Positions 49,892 through 60,012 of a stretch of 64,000 bases of DNA are shown in pieces. Within the stretch, counting starts at the first letter, position 1. Every line of letters begins with the position of its first letter. Position numbers and translations under genes: made by a program. The DNA is from an uncultured Gemmatimonadales bacterium (GTDB lineage: Bacteria; Gemmatimonadota; Gemmatimonadetes; Gemmatimonadales; GWC2-71-9), in assembly GCA_963844035.1 (NCBI GenBank), contig CAWJMT010000012.1:64001-128000 (forward strand), in the 5' to 3' direction. The notes below the pieces were generated by a model that saw only the letters and a program-made list of their open reading frames with translations, was not told the DNA's origin and ran no database searches.

Positions 49892-50850
49892 GCGACGACG
49901 TCGCCCACCGCCTCTCGACGGAAGGGGTCGATTCGCTGTCACTCGCCGGGGTCAACGACGGCAACCTGGTCGAGCTCGCGAAGCGCACCGGAGTGCGCAT
50001 CTCGTTGCGCGGCGACACGCTGTTTCTCGCCGGCTCGCCCGATGCGGTCGAGCGCGCCACGCCGGTTGCTCAGGCGCTCGTCGACCTTGCCCGCATGGGC
50101 GAAGTGCTCGATGTCACCGACGTGGCGCGCGTCGCGAGTGAAGGAGGCCGGGCGACGAACGCCCAGGGCGGGAATGGGGAGGGGGACCAAAAGATCATCC
50201 TTCCCGGCCTGCGGCGGGTGATCCAGCCCAAGACGCCGGGGCAGCGCGAGTATCTGAAGGCGATCGCGCAGAACGACATCGTCGTCGGCATCGGCCCCGC
50301 CGGGACGGGCAAGACGTACCTGGCAGTCGCGGCCGCGGTCGATGCCCTGTCGCGCAAGCGGGTCCGCCGCATCGTGCTGGCGCGGCCCGCCGTAGAGGCC
50401 GGGGAAAGCCTCGGGTTCCTTCCCGGCGACCTGCAGTCCAAGGTGGATCCCTACCTCCGCCCGCTGTACGACGCGCTCGAGGACATGATCCCGCGCGACC
50501 GCGTTCAGAAAGCGATCGAGGACGGCACGATCGAGATCGCGCCGCTGGCATACATGCGCGGCCGCACCCTGGCCGACGCGTTCGTCATCCTCGACGAGGC
50601 CCAGAACGCGACCGGCATGCAAATGAAGATGTTCCTCACCCGGCTCGGCGTGAACTCGCGCGCCGTGATCACGGGGGACAAGACACAGATCGACCTGGAA
50701 ATCCGCGAGGACTCGGGGCTGTTGCAGATCGAGCGCATCCTGCCCGGAATCGAGGGGATCGGCTTCTGTTTCCTCGACGAAGGCGACGTCGTGCGGCATC
50801 GCCTGGTGCGCGACATCATCCGGGCGTATGCGGAGGATGGCCAGGGCTAG
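49888..50850 (+). CDS. PhoH-family ATPase (YbeZ-like)
   Basis: GPAGTGKT, RPAVEAGE, GFLPG, AYMRGRT, DEAQN, GDKTQIDL, VRHRLV. Confidence 0.95.
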   Translation: MSDDVAHRLSTEGVDSLSLAGVNDGNLVELAKRTGVRISLRGDTLFLAGSPDAVERATPVAQALVDLARMGEVLDVTDVARVASEGGRATNAQGGNGEGDQKIILPGLRRVIQPKTPGQREYLKAIAQNDIVVGIGPAGTGKTYLAVAAAVDALSRKRVRRIVLARPAVEAGESLGFLPGDLQSKVDPYLRPLYDALEDMIPRDRVQKAIEDGTIEIAPLAYMRGRTLADAFVILDEAQNATGMQMKMFLTRLGVNSRAVITGDKTQIDLEIREDSGLLQIERILPGIEGIGFCFLDEGDVVRHRLVRDIIRAYAEDGQG

Positions 50851-53023
50851 CATGCGCATCCCGTCCAAAGAACGAGTGCGCTATCACGCGGCGCGCTGGG
50901 CCTGGGTCGTGGGGCTCGCGCTGACCGCGTACCTCGCGTTTCCGTCCAGTGCGATCGATTTCGCGCCGCTGCTCGAGGCGAGCAAGGTGGCGGACCGCGA
51001 CGTGGTCGCGCCGTTCACGTTCTCGGTGAGCAAGACCGACCAGGAGCTGGTGCGTGAGGCCGAGGAGCTCGCCAGTACCGTCAAGCCGATCTACGAATTC
51101 CAGCAGCGTGCGCTCGACAGCGCGCGCGCGACGCTCCGGGTCGTCTTCGCCGCGCTCGATGCGGCAGATCAGACATCGGCCGCCGTGCGGGGCGTCGCAC
51201 AACAGTACGGGATCACGCTCACGCAGGATGAAGCGGCGTACCTGGCGAACGGCAAGCGGCGGCGCCGCATCGAATCGGCGCTGGCCGGGCTGTTCGACCG
51301 TACGCTGGCCGTCGGGGTTACGGCACCGGGTGTGCTGCAGGTCGAGCAGTCGTCCGAGCTGATCATCCGGCGCCGTTCGTCGGAAACCGCCGTACCACGC
51401 GAGCAGGTGCAATCCTACGCGCAGTACCTCGTCCGAGTTCGGGCCACCCACCCCGACAAGGGCTCGGTGGCGGGGGACGCTGTGTACGTGCGGTTGGCGG
51501 GGTACTTCTTCCGGCCGACTCTGGTGCCGAACGTGGTCGCCACGGAACGCCGCCGTGACGAGCTGCGACGCAGTGTGGACCAGACGAAGTACGTGGTCCG
51601 CGCGGGCGAGCGGATTGTTGGTGCGCACGAAGTCGTGACCAGCGAAGCCCGCGAACGGCTCGTCGCGCTGCAGCAGGAGCTGCTGCGGCGTGGCGCCGCG
51701 ACCAGCCATTCGGTGCGCGGCGTGCTGGGGCCGTTGCTGCGCGATTCGCTGGTGATCGGAATCTTCTGGGTGTTGATGCTGTTTTATCGCCGCGAGACCT
51801 ATCGCGAGCAACGCCAGGTGGCCCTCGTCGCGTTGCTCTTGGCCGCCTCGATTCTCGGTGCGGCGGCGGTGGCCCGCTGGCAGCCCCAGCATCCCGAGCT
51901 CATCCCGCTGCCGTTCACCGCGATGATGTTGACCGTGCTGTTCAACGGGCGGGTCTCGCTCACCGCCGCGATGATTATCTCGCTCGTCGTCGGGTTGCAG
52001 CCGGTATTCCACGACAGCCCGGCCCTGTTCTTCACCGCCGCGGGCGGCGTGACCGCTGCGCTGTCCATCCGCGTGTTGCGGCGGCGCAGCCATCTGATGG
52101 TCGTCGTGCTGCTCGTCGGGGCGGGGTATCTGGTCGGCGCCATCGCCATCGGTCTCTCGAGCGCCGCGAGCGCCGGGGAGATCCTGGTGCGGGCATTGGG
52201 GGGCACCGTCAACGGGCTCGTGTCCGCGGGCCTGACCCTGTTGCTCCTGCCGGTGGCCGAAGCGCTCACCCACATCACGACCGACCTCACACTGCTCGAG
52301 CTGTCCGATCCGAGCCGGCCGCTGCTGCGGCGGTTGTCGCTGGAAGCACCCGGCACGTACGCGCACAGCGTCGCCATGGCGAACCTCGTGGAGGCGGCGT
52401 GCAATCGCGTCGGGGCGAACGGGTTGTTGGGTCGGGTGGGCTGCTACTACCACGACGTGGGGAAGGTGAAGAACCCGCAGTATTTCGTCGAGAACCAGAC
52501 GCGCGGCAACAATCCGCACGACCGTCTGGACCCGCGCGCGTCCGCCCAGATCATCAAGGCGCACGTCACTGATGGCCTGGCGCTGGCGGCGGAGGTCGCG
52601 CTCCCGGACGCCGTGGCGGCGTTCATCCCCGAGCATCACGGCACCATGGAGATCACGTACTTCCTCGACCGGGCCAAGAAGCTCGAGGCGGGGACTGCCC
52701 CCAGGCCGGTGGACTTCGCCTATCCGGGCCCGAAACCGCGATCGGTCGAGACGGCGGTCACCATGCTCGCCGACTCGGTCGAAGCGGCGCTGCGGGTGCT
52801 CGAGGATCTCACGCCCGCGAAAATCGAGGAAGCGATCAACCACATCGTCCGCACCAAGCTCAATCAGGGCCAGCTGGACGACGCGCCGATCACTCTGCGG
52901 CAGATCAACCAGGTGAAGGCGGAGTTCGTGCGCAGCATCGCCGGGATGTACCACAATCGCATCGACTACCCCGAGTCTAGTGGCGGCATCTCGGCGAGCT
53001 GGCAGCCCACAGCAAAGGCGTGA
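50828..53023 (+). CDS. 7TM-HD (HDIG) phosphohydrolase, PgpH-like
   Basis: Extracytoplasmic domain, TM block, TLLELSD, EAPGTYAHS, YHDVGK, EHHGT, YPGPKP, ADSVEAA; start may be ATG 50852. Confidence 0.88.
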   Translation: MRRMARASMRIPSKERVRYHAARWAWVVGLALTAYLAFPSSAIDFAPLLEASKVADRDVVAPFTFSVSKTDQELVREAEELASTVKPIYEFQQRALDSARATLRVVFAALDAADQTSAAVRGVAQQYGITLTQDEAAYLANGKRRRRIESALAGLFDRTLAVGVTAPGVLQVEQSSELIIRRRSSETAVPREQVQSYAQYLVRVRATHPDKGSVAGDAVYVRLAGYFFRPTLVPNVVATERRRDELRRSVDQTKYVVRAGERIVGAHEVVTSEARERLVALQQELLRRGAATSHSVRGVLGPLLRDSLVIGIFWVLMLFYRRETYREQRQVALVALLLAASILGAAAVARWQPQHPELIPLPFTAMMLTVLFNGRVSLTAAMIISLVVGLQPVFHDSPALFFTAAGGVTAALSIRVLRRRSHLMVVVLLVGAGYLVGAIAIGLSSAASAGEILVRALGGTVNGLVSAGLTLLLLPVAEALTHITTDLTLLELSDPSRPLLRRLSLEAPGTYAHSVAMANLVEAACNRVGANGLLGRVGCYYHDVGKVKNPQYFVENQTRGNNPHDRLDPRASAQIIKAHVTDGLALAAEVALPDAVAAFIPEHHGTMEITYFLDRAKKLEAGTAPRPVDFAYPGPKPRSVETAVTMLADSVEAALRVLEDLTPAKIEEAINHIVRTKLNQGQLDDAPITLRQINQVKAEFVRSIAGMYHNRIDYPESSGGISASWQPTAKA

Positions 53024-53430
53024 GCGCGTGGTGAGTCATGCTGCGCGGCAAGTGCTGACCTGGGAGCGGGCCCGCAACACGCGTGTGGAGGTGACGTTCC
53101 TGCGTCCCGACGCGATGCGTCGCCTGAACCGCCGCGCCATCGGACGCCGCGGCCTCACCGACGTGATCGCGTTCGCGCTTCCCCAACCCGATGGCAGCGT
53201 GGTAGGCGACGTGTACCTGTGTCCCGAGGCGGCCGCTCGGTGGGTCAAGAATCAGGGACCGGGGAAGGGGGACGGGGGAAGGGTGGACGGAAGAGATGAT
53301 GCGGCTCGCCGTGCACGGCACGCTGCACGTCCTCGGGTACGACCACCCTGAGGGCCCCGGCCGGACGCGCTGCGCCATGTGGAGGAAGCAGGAGGGCTAC
53401 GTGCGTCGCCTGCTCGCCCCACGCCGGTAA
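52980..53430 (+). CDS. ybeY: rRNA maturation RNase YbeY (apparent frameshift near 53285)
   Basis: MRRLN, TDVIAF, GDVYLC, then HGTLHVLGYDH in the shifted frame; TAA at 53428-53430. Confidence 0.9.
53252..53294 (+). repeat. Purine-rich heptamer array inside ybeY
   Basis: tcaggga ccgggga aggggga cggggga agggtgga cggaaga; 53269-53285 is identical to 20031-20047. Confidence 0.65.
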
Positions 53431-54605
53431 TGCTCACCGCGACAGCCGTGCAGCTCGGCGGGGCGATCCTCGCGCTCGGGGCCGCCCTGTGGGCGGCCCT
53501 TCTCGCCCTGGGCGAAGAAGTCGCCGTGGGGGAAGCGCTCCACACACTGGGCGACGCGCCACCCGCGGCCCCCGGCGCTCGGGTGCCGCTGCACCGGGCG
53601 CTCCACGTCGCGCGACTCGCGCTGCTGGTGCTCGGTGCCGTCGCTGCCGGGAACGCCCTGGGGTGGTGGCAGCGCCCGTGGCCCACGGCCCTCGCCGATC
53701 TGGGACTGGCGACGGCGCTGCTGTTCGTGGTGGGCGATGCGCTCCCGCGCACCCTGGTGCGGCTGGCCCCGGAGCTGGGCGAGGCCGCGCTGCCGCTGGC
53801 CCGCCGATCGCTCGCTCCCTTCAATCTTCTCCTCTGGCTGCTCGCGTGGGCGGACCGCGGGCTGCACGCTCTGGTGATTACTCCGCCACTGCTCGCCCCG
53901 CCGCTCGGGATTGCCCAGCGAGACATGCTGCTCGGCGTATTCACGTTGGCCGACACCACGGTCGAAGAGGTGATGACGCCCCGGCTCGACATCGTGGCCG
54001 TCGACCAGGGCGCATCCACCGAAACGTTGCTGGAAACATTCCGGCAGAGCGAGCACTCGCGCCTGCCGGTGTACGACGGTACGCCGGACGCCATCGTTGG
54101 GATCGTCGACGCCAAGGATGTGGTCCCGGTGGCGATGGGGATGAGCCACACGGATGGCCGCTGGCAAGACCTCGTCCGCCCCGCGGCGTACATCCCGGAA
54201 ACCAAGACGCTCGACCAGCAGCTGCGCGATTTTCAGCGTGGGCCGACACACTGCGCCATCGTCGTGGATGAGTTCGGCGGCACCGCCGGACTCATCACGC
54301 TGGAAGACATTCTCGAAGAAGTCGTGGGGGAGATCCATGACGAGCAGGATGTCGACGTTCCGTCCCCGATTCAGCGGGACGGCAATGGCTATTGGGTGGA
54401 TGGGCGCGTCACGCTGGACGATTTGGCGGGCGCGCTCGGCACCTCGTTCGACCACCCCGACGTGTCCACCGTCGGCGGCCTGGTCTACCAGGCGCTGGGG
54501 CGCGTACCGCGGCCCGGTGAAGAGCTGCTCCTCGACGGCTTTCGCGTCGTGGTGGAGCGCGTCGACCGACGCCGCGTGACCCGCGTCTACTTCGAGAAAC
54601 AATGA
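53430..54605 (+). CDS. HlyC/CorC (CNNM-CBS-CorC) family transporter-associated protein
   Basis: TM region, VEEVMTPR, HSRLPVY, VDEFGGTAGLITLEDILEEVVGEI, TVGGLV. Confidence 0.9.
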   Translation: MLTATAVQLGGAILALGAALWAALLALGEEVAVGEALHTLGDAPPAAPGARVPLHRALHVARLALLVLGAVAAGNALGWWQRPWPTALADLGLATALLFVVGDALPRTLVRLAPELGEAALPLARRSLAPFNLLLWLLAWADRGLHALVITPPLLAPPLGIAQRDMLLGVFTLADTTVEEVMTPRLDIVAVDQGASTETLLETFRQSEHSRLPVYDGTPDAIVGIVDAKDVVPVAMGMSHTDGRWQDLVRPAAYIPETKTLDQQLRDFQRGPTHCAIVVDEFGGTAGLITLEDILEEVVGEIHDEQDVDVPSPIQRDGNGYWVDGRVTLDDLAGALGTSFDHPDVSTVGGLVYQALGRVPRPGEELLLDGFRVVVERVDRRRVTRVYFEKQ

Positions 54606-55806
54606 TCGTCCCGCTGCTCGTGCTGGTTCTCGGGTTGGTGCTGGCGGGCGCCGCCGCCACGGTGGGGGCGGCGGCGGCCGCGGTGGGCCAGCTCGAGCTG
54701 ACCCGCTGGGTGTCCGCACCGGCTGCGCGGCGTGGCGGAGGCCGCGCGCCTGCTCGAGAATCCCGGGCACGTGCTCGCCGTCGCCAATGCGCTCACGACG
54801 CTGGGGATCGTGTGTGCGGCGCTTGGCATGCCCGCCTTGCTCGCCGAAACCACCCCCACGTTTCTGGGAGTGTTCACGCTGACCGCCGGGGTGCCGCTGT
54901 TCGTGAGCGCGGTCTACCTCGTGCCCCGGGTGGTCGGACGCCGCTGGGCGGAGTCCATCGTCGGGCGTGCGGTGCCCTGGTTGGATGGCGTGGGTCGCGC
55001 GTTGTCGCCGCTGATTCCGGTGCGGGACGCGTCACCACGGACCGCCCTGGTCGCGGCCCTGTCGGGGGCAGGCACCGACACGCTCTCCGGGTGCCGATGA
55101 GATCGCGGTGGTCTCGGCCGTGCTGGCCTTCGCGGACCGCCCTGTCCGCGAGCTGATGATTCCGCGCACGAGCATCGTCGCGCTTCCCGAAGGAATGGCG
55201 GCGGCCGAAGCGGCGCACGTGTGCGCCCAGGCCGGATTCAGCCGATACCCGGTGTATCGCGGGTCGTTGGATGACGTGATTGGGGTGGCACACGCCTTCG
55301 ATCTTCTGCGGCTTCAGCCGGAGGACCCGGTCCCGGTGCGGCCGATGCGTGCCGTACCCGGCACCACTCGTGCGGCGGACTTGATGTTCGAGATGCAGCG
55401 AGGGCGGGGCCACCTGGCGGTGGTGCTGGACGAGTTTGGCGGGACCGCGGGGATGGTCACGCACGAGGACCTCCTGAAGAATCTGGTGGGGGAAATTTTC
55501 GGCGAGAGCGGCTCACGCACCCAGACCGCTGCGGCGCCGGTGCGTCTGGTCGAGCTCGGAGGCAATGCACCGGTGGCCAGTCTCCAGGAGGCGTTCGGCG
55601 TCGCGGTGGAAGGACTGGAGGCGCAGACGGTCGGCGGCTTCCTCGTGCACGCCCTGGGACGCATCCCGCACCCGGGCGAGCGGTTCTTGATCCGCGGTCT
55701 GGAGTTCGATATCCTGGCGGCCACGTCCACCAAGGTCGAGCGAGTCGTCGTGCGCCCGGGGAGCATCCGGCCGGTCGCATTGGACCGCACCGAAGAGCGC
55801 TCGTGA
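54602..55806 (+). CDS. Second HlyC/CorC family protein (apparent frameshifts near 54720 and 55090)
   Basis: VRELMIPR, FSRYPVY, LDEFGGTAG, TVGGFL; N-terminal TM pieces in other frames. Confidence 0.85.
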
Positions 55807-55844
55807 CCGGGGGCGTTATCTTGAGACGTGGAGCCTGATTAGCG

Positions 55845-56879
55845 ATGGCGATCGGCGGCATCCTCGAGGGACTGGAGCGCCGGGACCGGGCGGCGCTCGC
55901 CCGGGCGATCAGCCTGGTCGAGAACCAGGGGGACGGATTCGAGCGCGTTCTGACGCACGCGCATGCCCAGGTGGCTCGAGGACAGGCCCGGCGGATCGGA
56001 ATCACCGGGCCCCCGGGCGCGGGCAAGAGCACCCTGACCGAGCGTCTCATCCAAGAGTTTCGGGGACGGGGACTTCAGGTCGGCGTCGTCGCGGTCGATC
56101 CCACGAGCCCGTTCACGGGCGGAGCACTGCTCGGCGATCGTATCCGAATGGAGTCCACGACCCTGGATCCGGGCGTGTTCATTCGCTCAATGGCGACCCG
56201 CGGATCCCATGGCGGTCTGGCCACCACGACCGACGAAGTGGCGGATCTGCTCGCGGCAGCCGGGTTCGAGCGCATTCTCATCGAGACGGTCGGGGTGGGA
56301 CAGACAGAGCTGGACGTGGCGGCGACCGCGGAGACCACGGTGCTGGTGCTCGTGCCTGAATCGGGCGATGGCGTCCAAACGCTCAAGGCGGGGGTGATGG
56401 AGATCGCCGACGTCTACGTCATCAACAAGAGCGATCGACCGGGCTCGGACAAGCTGCGGCAGGAGGTGGAGGTGATGCTCGGCATTCGGCGCGGAGGGAA
56501 GGCGGGAAGGCGGGCAGGCGGGAAGGCGGGTGGTTCGGATGCGGCCGCCCGGCTACCCGCCCTCCCGCCCAGCTGGGAGCCCCCCGTGCTCGCGACGGTG
56601 GCGGTGCAGGGCACCGGCGTTGTCGAGGTCGTGGATGCGCTGGATCGCCATCATGCGTATCTCGAGGCGAGCGGCGTGCTCGAGACCCGTCGTCGTGAGC
56701 GGCTGCGCGCGCGCATGCGCAGCGTGGCGGAGCGAGTGGTCCGGCAATGGGTGTGGGACACCACGCGGGTCGAGGAGCTGCTGGATGAGCGGCTCGACGA
56801 TGTCGTGCATGGGCGTCGGAGTCCGTACGACGTGGCGACGGAACTTCTGGAACAGGTGAAGACCGGAGCGTTGCGATGA
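55845..56879 (+). CDS. meaB: Acyl-CoA mutase-associated GTPase MeaB
   Basis: GPPGAGKST, VDPTSP, GGALLGDRIRM, ETVGVGQ, NKSD. Confidence 0.95.
   Translation: MAIGGILEGLERRDRAALARAISLVENQGDGFERVLTHAHAQVARGQARRIGITGPPGAGKSTLTERLIQEFRGRGLQVGVVAVDPTSPFTGGALLGDRIRMESTTLDPGVFIRSMATRGSHGGLATTTDEVADLLAAAGFERILIETVGVGQTELDVAATAETTVLVLVPESGDGVQTLKAGVMEIADVYVINKSDRPGSDKLRQEVEVMLGIRRGGKAGRRAGGKAGGSDAAARLPALPPSWEPPVLATVAVQGTGVVEVVDALDRHHAYLEASGVLETRRRERLRARMRSVAERVVRQWVWDTTRVEELLDERLDDVVHGRRSPYDVATELLEQVKTGALR
56496..56570 (+). repeat. Octamer array with a degenerate inverted arm inside meaB
   Basis: gggaaggc gggaaggc gggcaggc gggaaggc ... ggccgccc ggctaccc gccctccc. Confidence 0.75.
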
Positions 56880-58443
56880 GCGACAATGTGCGGAATGTCG
56901 TGTACACGCCGGGGGACCTCGCCGATCTGGACTACGCGCGGCACCTAGGGCGATCCGGGCGAGTATCCCTTCACGCGCGGTATCCATCCCACGATGTACC
57001 GTGGGCGGCTTTGGACCATGCGACAGTTTGCCGGGTTCGGCTCAGCCGAGGATACCAACCGGCGCTACAAGTTCCTGCTCGCGCGCGGTCAGACGGGCCT
57101 GTCGGTCGCGTTCGACTTCCCGACGCTGATGGGCTACGACTCCGACCACCCCCGTTCGGAGGGCGAGGTAGGGAAGTGCGGCGTCGCGATCTCATCGCTG
57201 GCCGACATGGAGGATCTGTTTCGGGGCATTCCCCTCGACCAGGTCTCTACGTCGATGACCATCAACGGACCCGCGGCGATCCTGTTCTGCTTCTACGTCG
57301 CCGCGGCGGAGCGTCAGGACGTGGCAAGCGCCCAGCTCCGGGGCACGGTACAGAACGACATTCTCAAGGAATACATGGCCCAGCATGCCTGGGTCTATCC
57401 GGTCGAACCCGCCCTGAAGATCATCGTGGACATGTTTGAGTGGTGCGCCGACCACGCGCCGCAGTGGAATTCGATCTCGATTTCCGGCTACCATATCCGT
57501 GAGGCCGGCGCCACGGCGGCGCAAGAGTTGGCGTTCACGCTGGCGAACGGCTTCACCTACGTCGAGCGCGGCCAGGCACGCGGCCTGGACGTGGACGCGT
57601 TCGCCCCGCGGCTCTCCTTCTTCTGGGATATTCACAACGACTTCTTCGAGGAGATCGCCAAGCTGCGCGCCGCGCGCCGGATCTGGGCGCGCCACATGCG
57701 GGAGCGCTACGGAGCCAAACTGCCGCGCTCGTGGATGATGCGGTTCCACAGTCAGACCGCCGGCGTGACGCTCACCGCGCAGCAGCCGATGAACAACGTG
57801 GTGCGGGTCGCCTATCAGGCTCTCGCCGCCGTGCTCGGCGGCACGCAATCGCTGCATACCAACTCACTCGATGAAACCCTCGCGCTGCCCACCGAGCAGG
57901 CGGCCCAGCTGGCGCTGCGCACGCAGCAGATCATCGCCGCCGAGACCGGTGTCGCCGATGTGACGCGATCCACTCGGCGGGTCGTACTACGTGGAAGCCC
58001 TGACGGATCAGCTGGAGCGCGAGGCGGAAGCCCTGTTCGCCGAGATTCAGTCGGTGGGCGGGGTGGTGCAGGGCATCGAGAACGGCTGGTTCCAACGTCA
58101 GATCGCGCGCTCGGCCGCCCAGGCCCAGCGTGACGTCGAGGCGGCCTCCAGCGTGATCGTGGGGGTGAACGACTTTCTGAGCGACGACGATCACCCGGTC
58201 GAGATTCTGAAGATCTCCAATCACGTGGAGGACGATCAGCGCCGCCGCCTCGCACGGCTGCGCGCCGAGCGCGACAACCCTCGCGCCGCCGCGTGCCTGG
58301 AAGCGCTGCGCCAGGCGGGCGAGAACGATCACAATGTGATCGCTCCGATGCTCGACTGCGCCCGCGCCTACTGCACGCTACACGAGATTCGCGAGGCGCT
58401 CGAGCGGGTGTACGGGGCGTACCGGGAGCCGGTGTTCTTTTGA
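56876..58443 (+). CDS. B12-dependent acyl-CoA mutase large subunit, isobutyryl-CoA-mutase-type residues (apparent frameshifts near 56950 and 57965)
   Basis: [48 protein letters not shown]. Confidence 0.9.
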
Positions 58444-58445
58444 CC

Positions 58446-59563
58446 ATGGTCCAGCGGGCGGCGCTGCCGAGCGAAGGGGCCGTGCGGGACGCGGTGAAGC
58501 GTCTGGCACGTGTGAAGCCGGGCGCATTTCTCGTGGTGTCGTGCTTTCTCAAGCTCGAGCCCCGCGACAAGACGCGTGGCAAGTACCTGATCAAGATGAA
58601 GAACCGTGTGCGGCAGGCGCTCCACGGAGCTCGATGGGCTGGGCGCGGAGCGGCGCGTGCGGGACCAGGTGGCGGAGGACCTGAACCGGGTGCTGCGCTT
58701 CTTCGAGGAGCCGGCGCGCCTGCCGGCCGCTCGTGGGGTCGCCTTGTTCGCGTGCGGAAAGCTGGGCCTGTTCGAGGTCATCCCGCTGCCACACGTGCAT
58801 CGGTCACGCCTCGCGGTGCGTCCGGTGCCGCTCGTCGGTGAGCTCGTGGCCCTGGAGGAGGAATTCGGCACAATGCTTGCCGTCGCTTGTGACCGCAAGG
58901 GTGCACGGTTCTTTGAAGTCACGGCGTATGACGTGGTCGAGTTGCCCGGACTGACGCCCGCCGGTCGGCCGGACGACGGGGTTTCGCGCGTCGAAACAGC
59001 GGCTGGCTCCCGGGGGACACATCACCGGCGGCGCGGGCGAGGGGAAGCACCACACGCGGATTCGCGAGGAGAAACAGCGTCTGTACGCTAGCGTCGCCGA
59101 CCAGGTGTTCCGGATCCACTCCCAACGTCCGGTGGCGGGGCTCGTCGTCGCGGGCGTCGGGGTGGACGCGGGTGCGTTGCTGCCCCATCTGCACACGTAC
59201 CTGCACGATCTCGTGCTGGGCGTCGTGCGGATCGCGTCGAAGCGTCCGACCGCGCCGGAGGTGCGGGAGGCGGCGCTCGCCCTGCGCGAGGAGCGCGAGC
59301 GTGCCTGGGAGCGCGCGCACGCCGAGGCGATGCGTGACGGCGTGGGCACCGGATGGGCGGTGAACGGAGTGGAGGCGACCCGCGCCGCGCTGGCGCGCGG
59401 GCAGGTGCGTACGCTGCTCGCGGACGGCCTCGCCGTGGACGAGCGTATCGACGACGCGATCGAGGACGCATTGGCTGAGCGCGCGCAGATCGACGTGCTA
59501 TATGACGCGCGCGCGCGCCGCGCGGTGGACGGTCTCGCCGCATTGCTGCGGTTCCGGCGCTGA
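58446..59563 (+). CDS. baeRF-like (bacterial archaeo-eukaryotic release factor family) protein, apparent frameshifts near 58622 and 58965
   Basis: [47 protein letters not shown] and GLAALLRF terminus typical of the eRF1/pelota-like fold. Confidence 0.65.
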
Positions 59564-59994
59564 TGACGCCCGGGGCAGGCACGGCGCGCAAGCGGCCGAT
59601 TCGCGTCCTCGTGGCGAAGCCGGGCCTCGACGGTCACGATCGCGGTGCCAAGGTCGTGGCTGCCGCGCTCCGGGACGCTGGGATGGAAGTGATCTACACC
59701 GGGCTCCACCAGACGCCGGAGCAGATCGCGCAGGCGGCGATTCAAGAGGACGTCGACGTTGTCGGCCTGTCGATTCTTTCCGGGGCCCACATGACCCTGT
59801 TCCCGCGCGTCAAGCAGCTGCTCGATCGCGCCGGGCGCGGTGATATCCTGGTGACGGGCGGCGGCATCATTCCACCCGAGGACATGGCCGAGCTCGAGCA
59901 GCAGGGCGTGGGAAAATTATTCGGGCCGGGTACGCCCACGTCGGACCTCATCAAGTACATCGGCGCGTGGGCGGCCTCGCGTGTCACGACCTGA
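59563..59994 (+). CDS. Cobalamin-binding small subunit of the acyl-CoA mutase
   Basis: [13 protein letters not shown] (DxHxxG), [19 protein letters not shown]. Confidence 0.94.
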   Translation: MTPGAGTARKRPIRVLVAKPGLDGHDRGAKVVAAALRDAGMEVIYTGLHQTPEQIAQAAIQEDVDVVGLSILSGAHMTLFPRVKQLLDRAGRGDILVTGGGIIPPEDMAELEQQGVGKLFGPGTPTSDLIKYIGAWAASRVTT

Positions 59995-60012
59995 CCCGCC
60001 AGCCAGGCTTCG

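Noticed and set aside
50816..52954. Long antisense ORFs (this 712-aa one and others such as 38122-39885 and 23571-25532)
   Set aside because: Shadow frames of well-supported genes, expected in high-GC DNA, with no protein motifs
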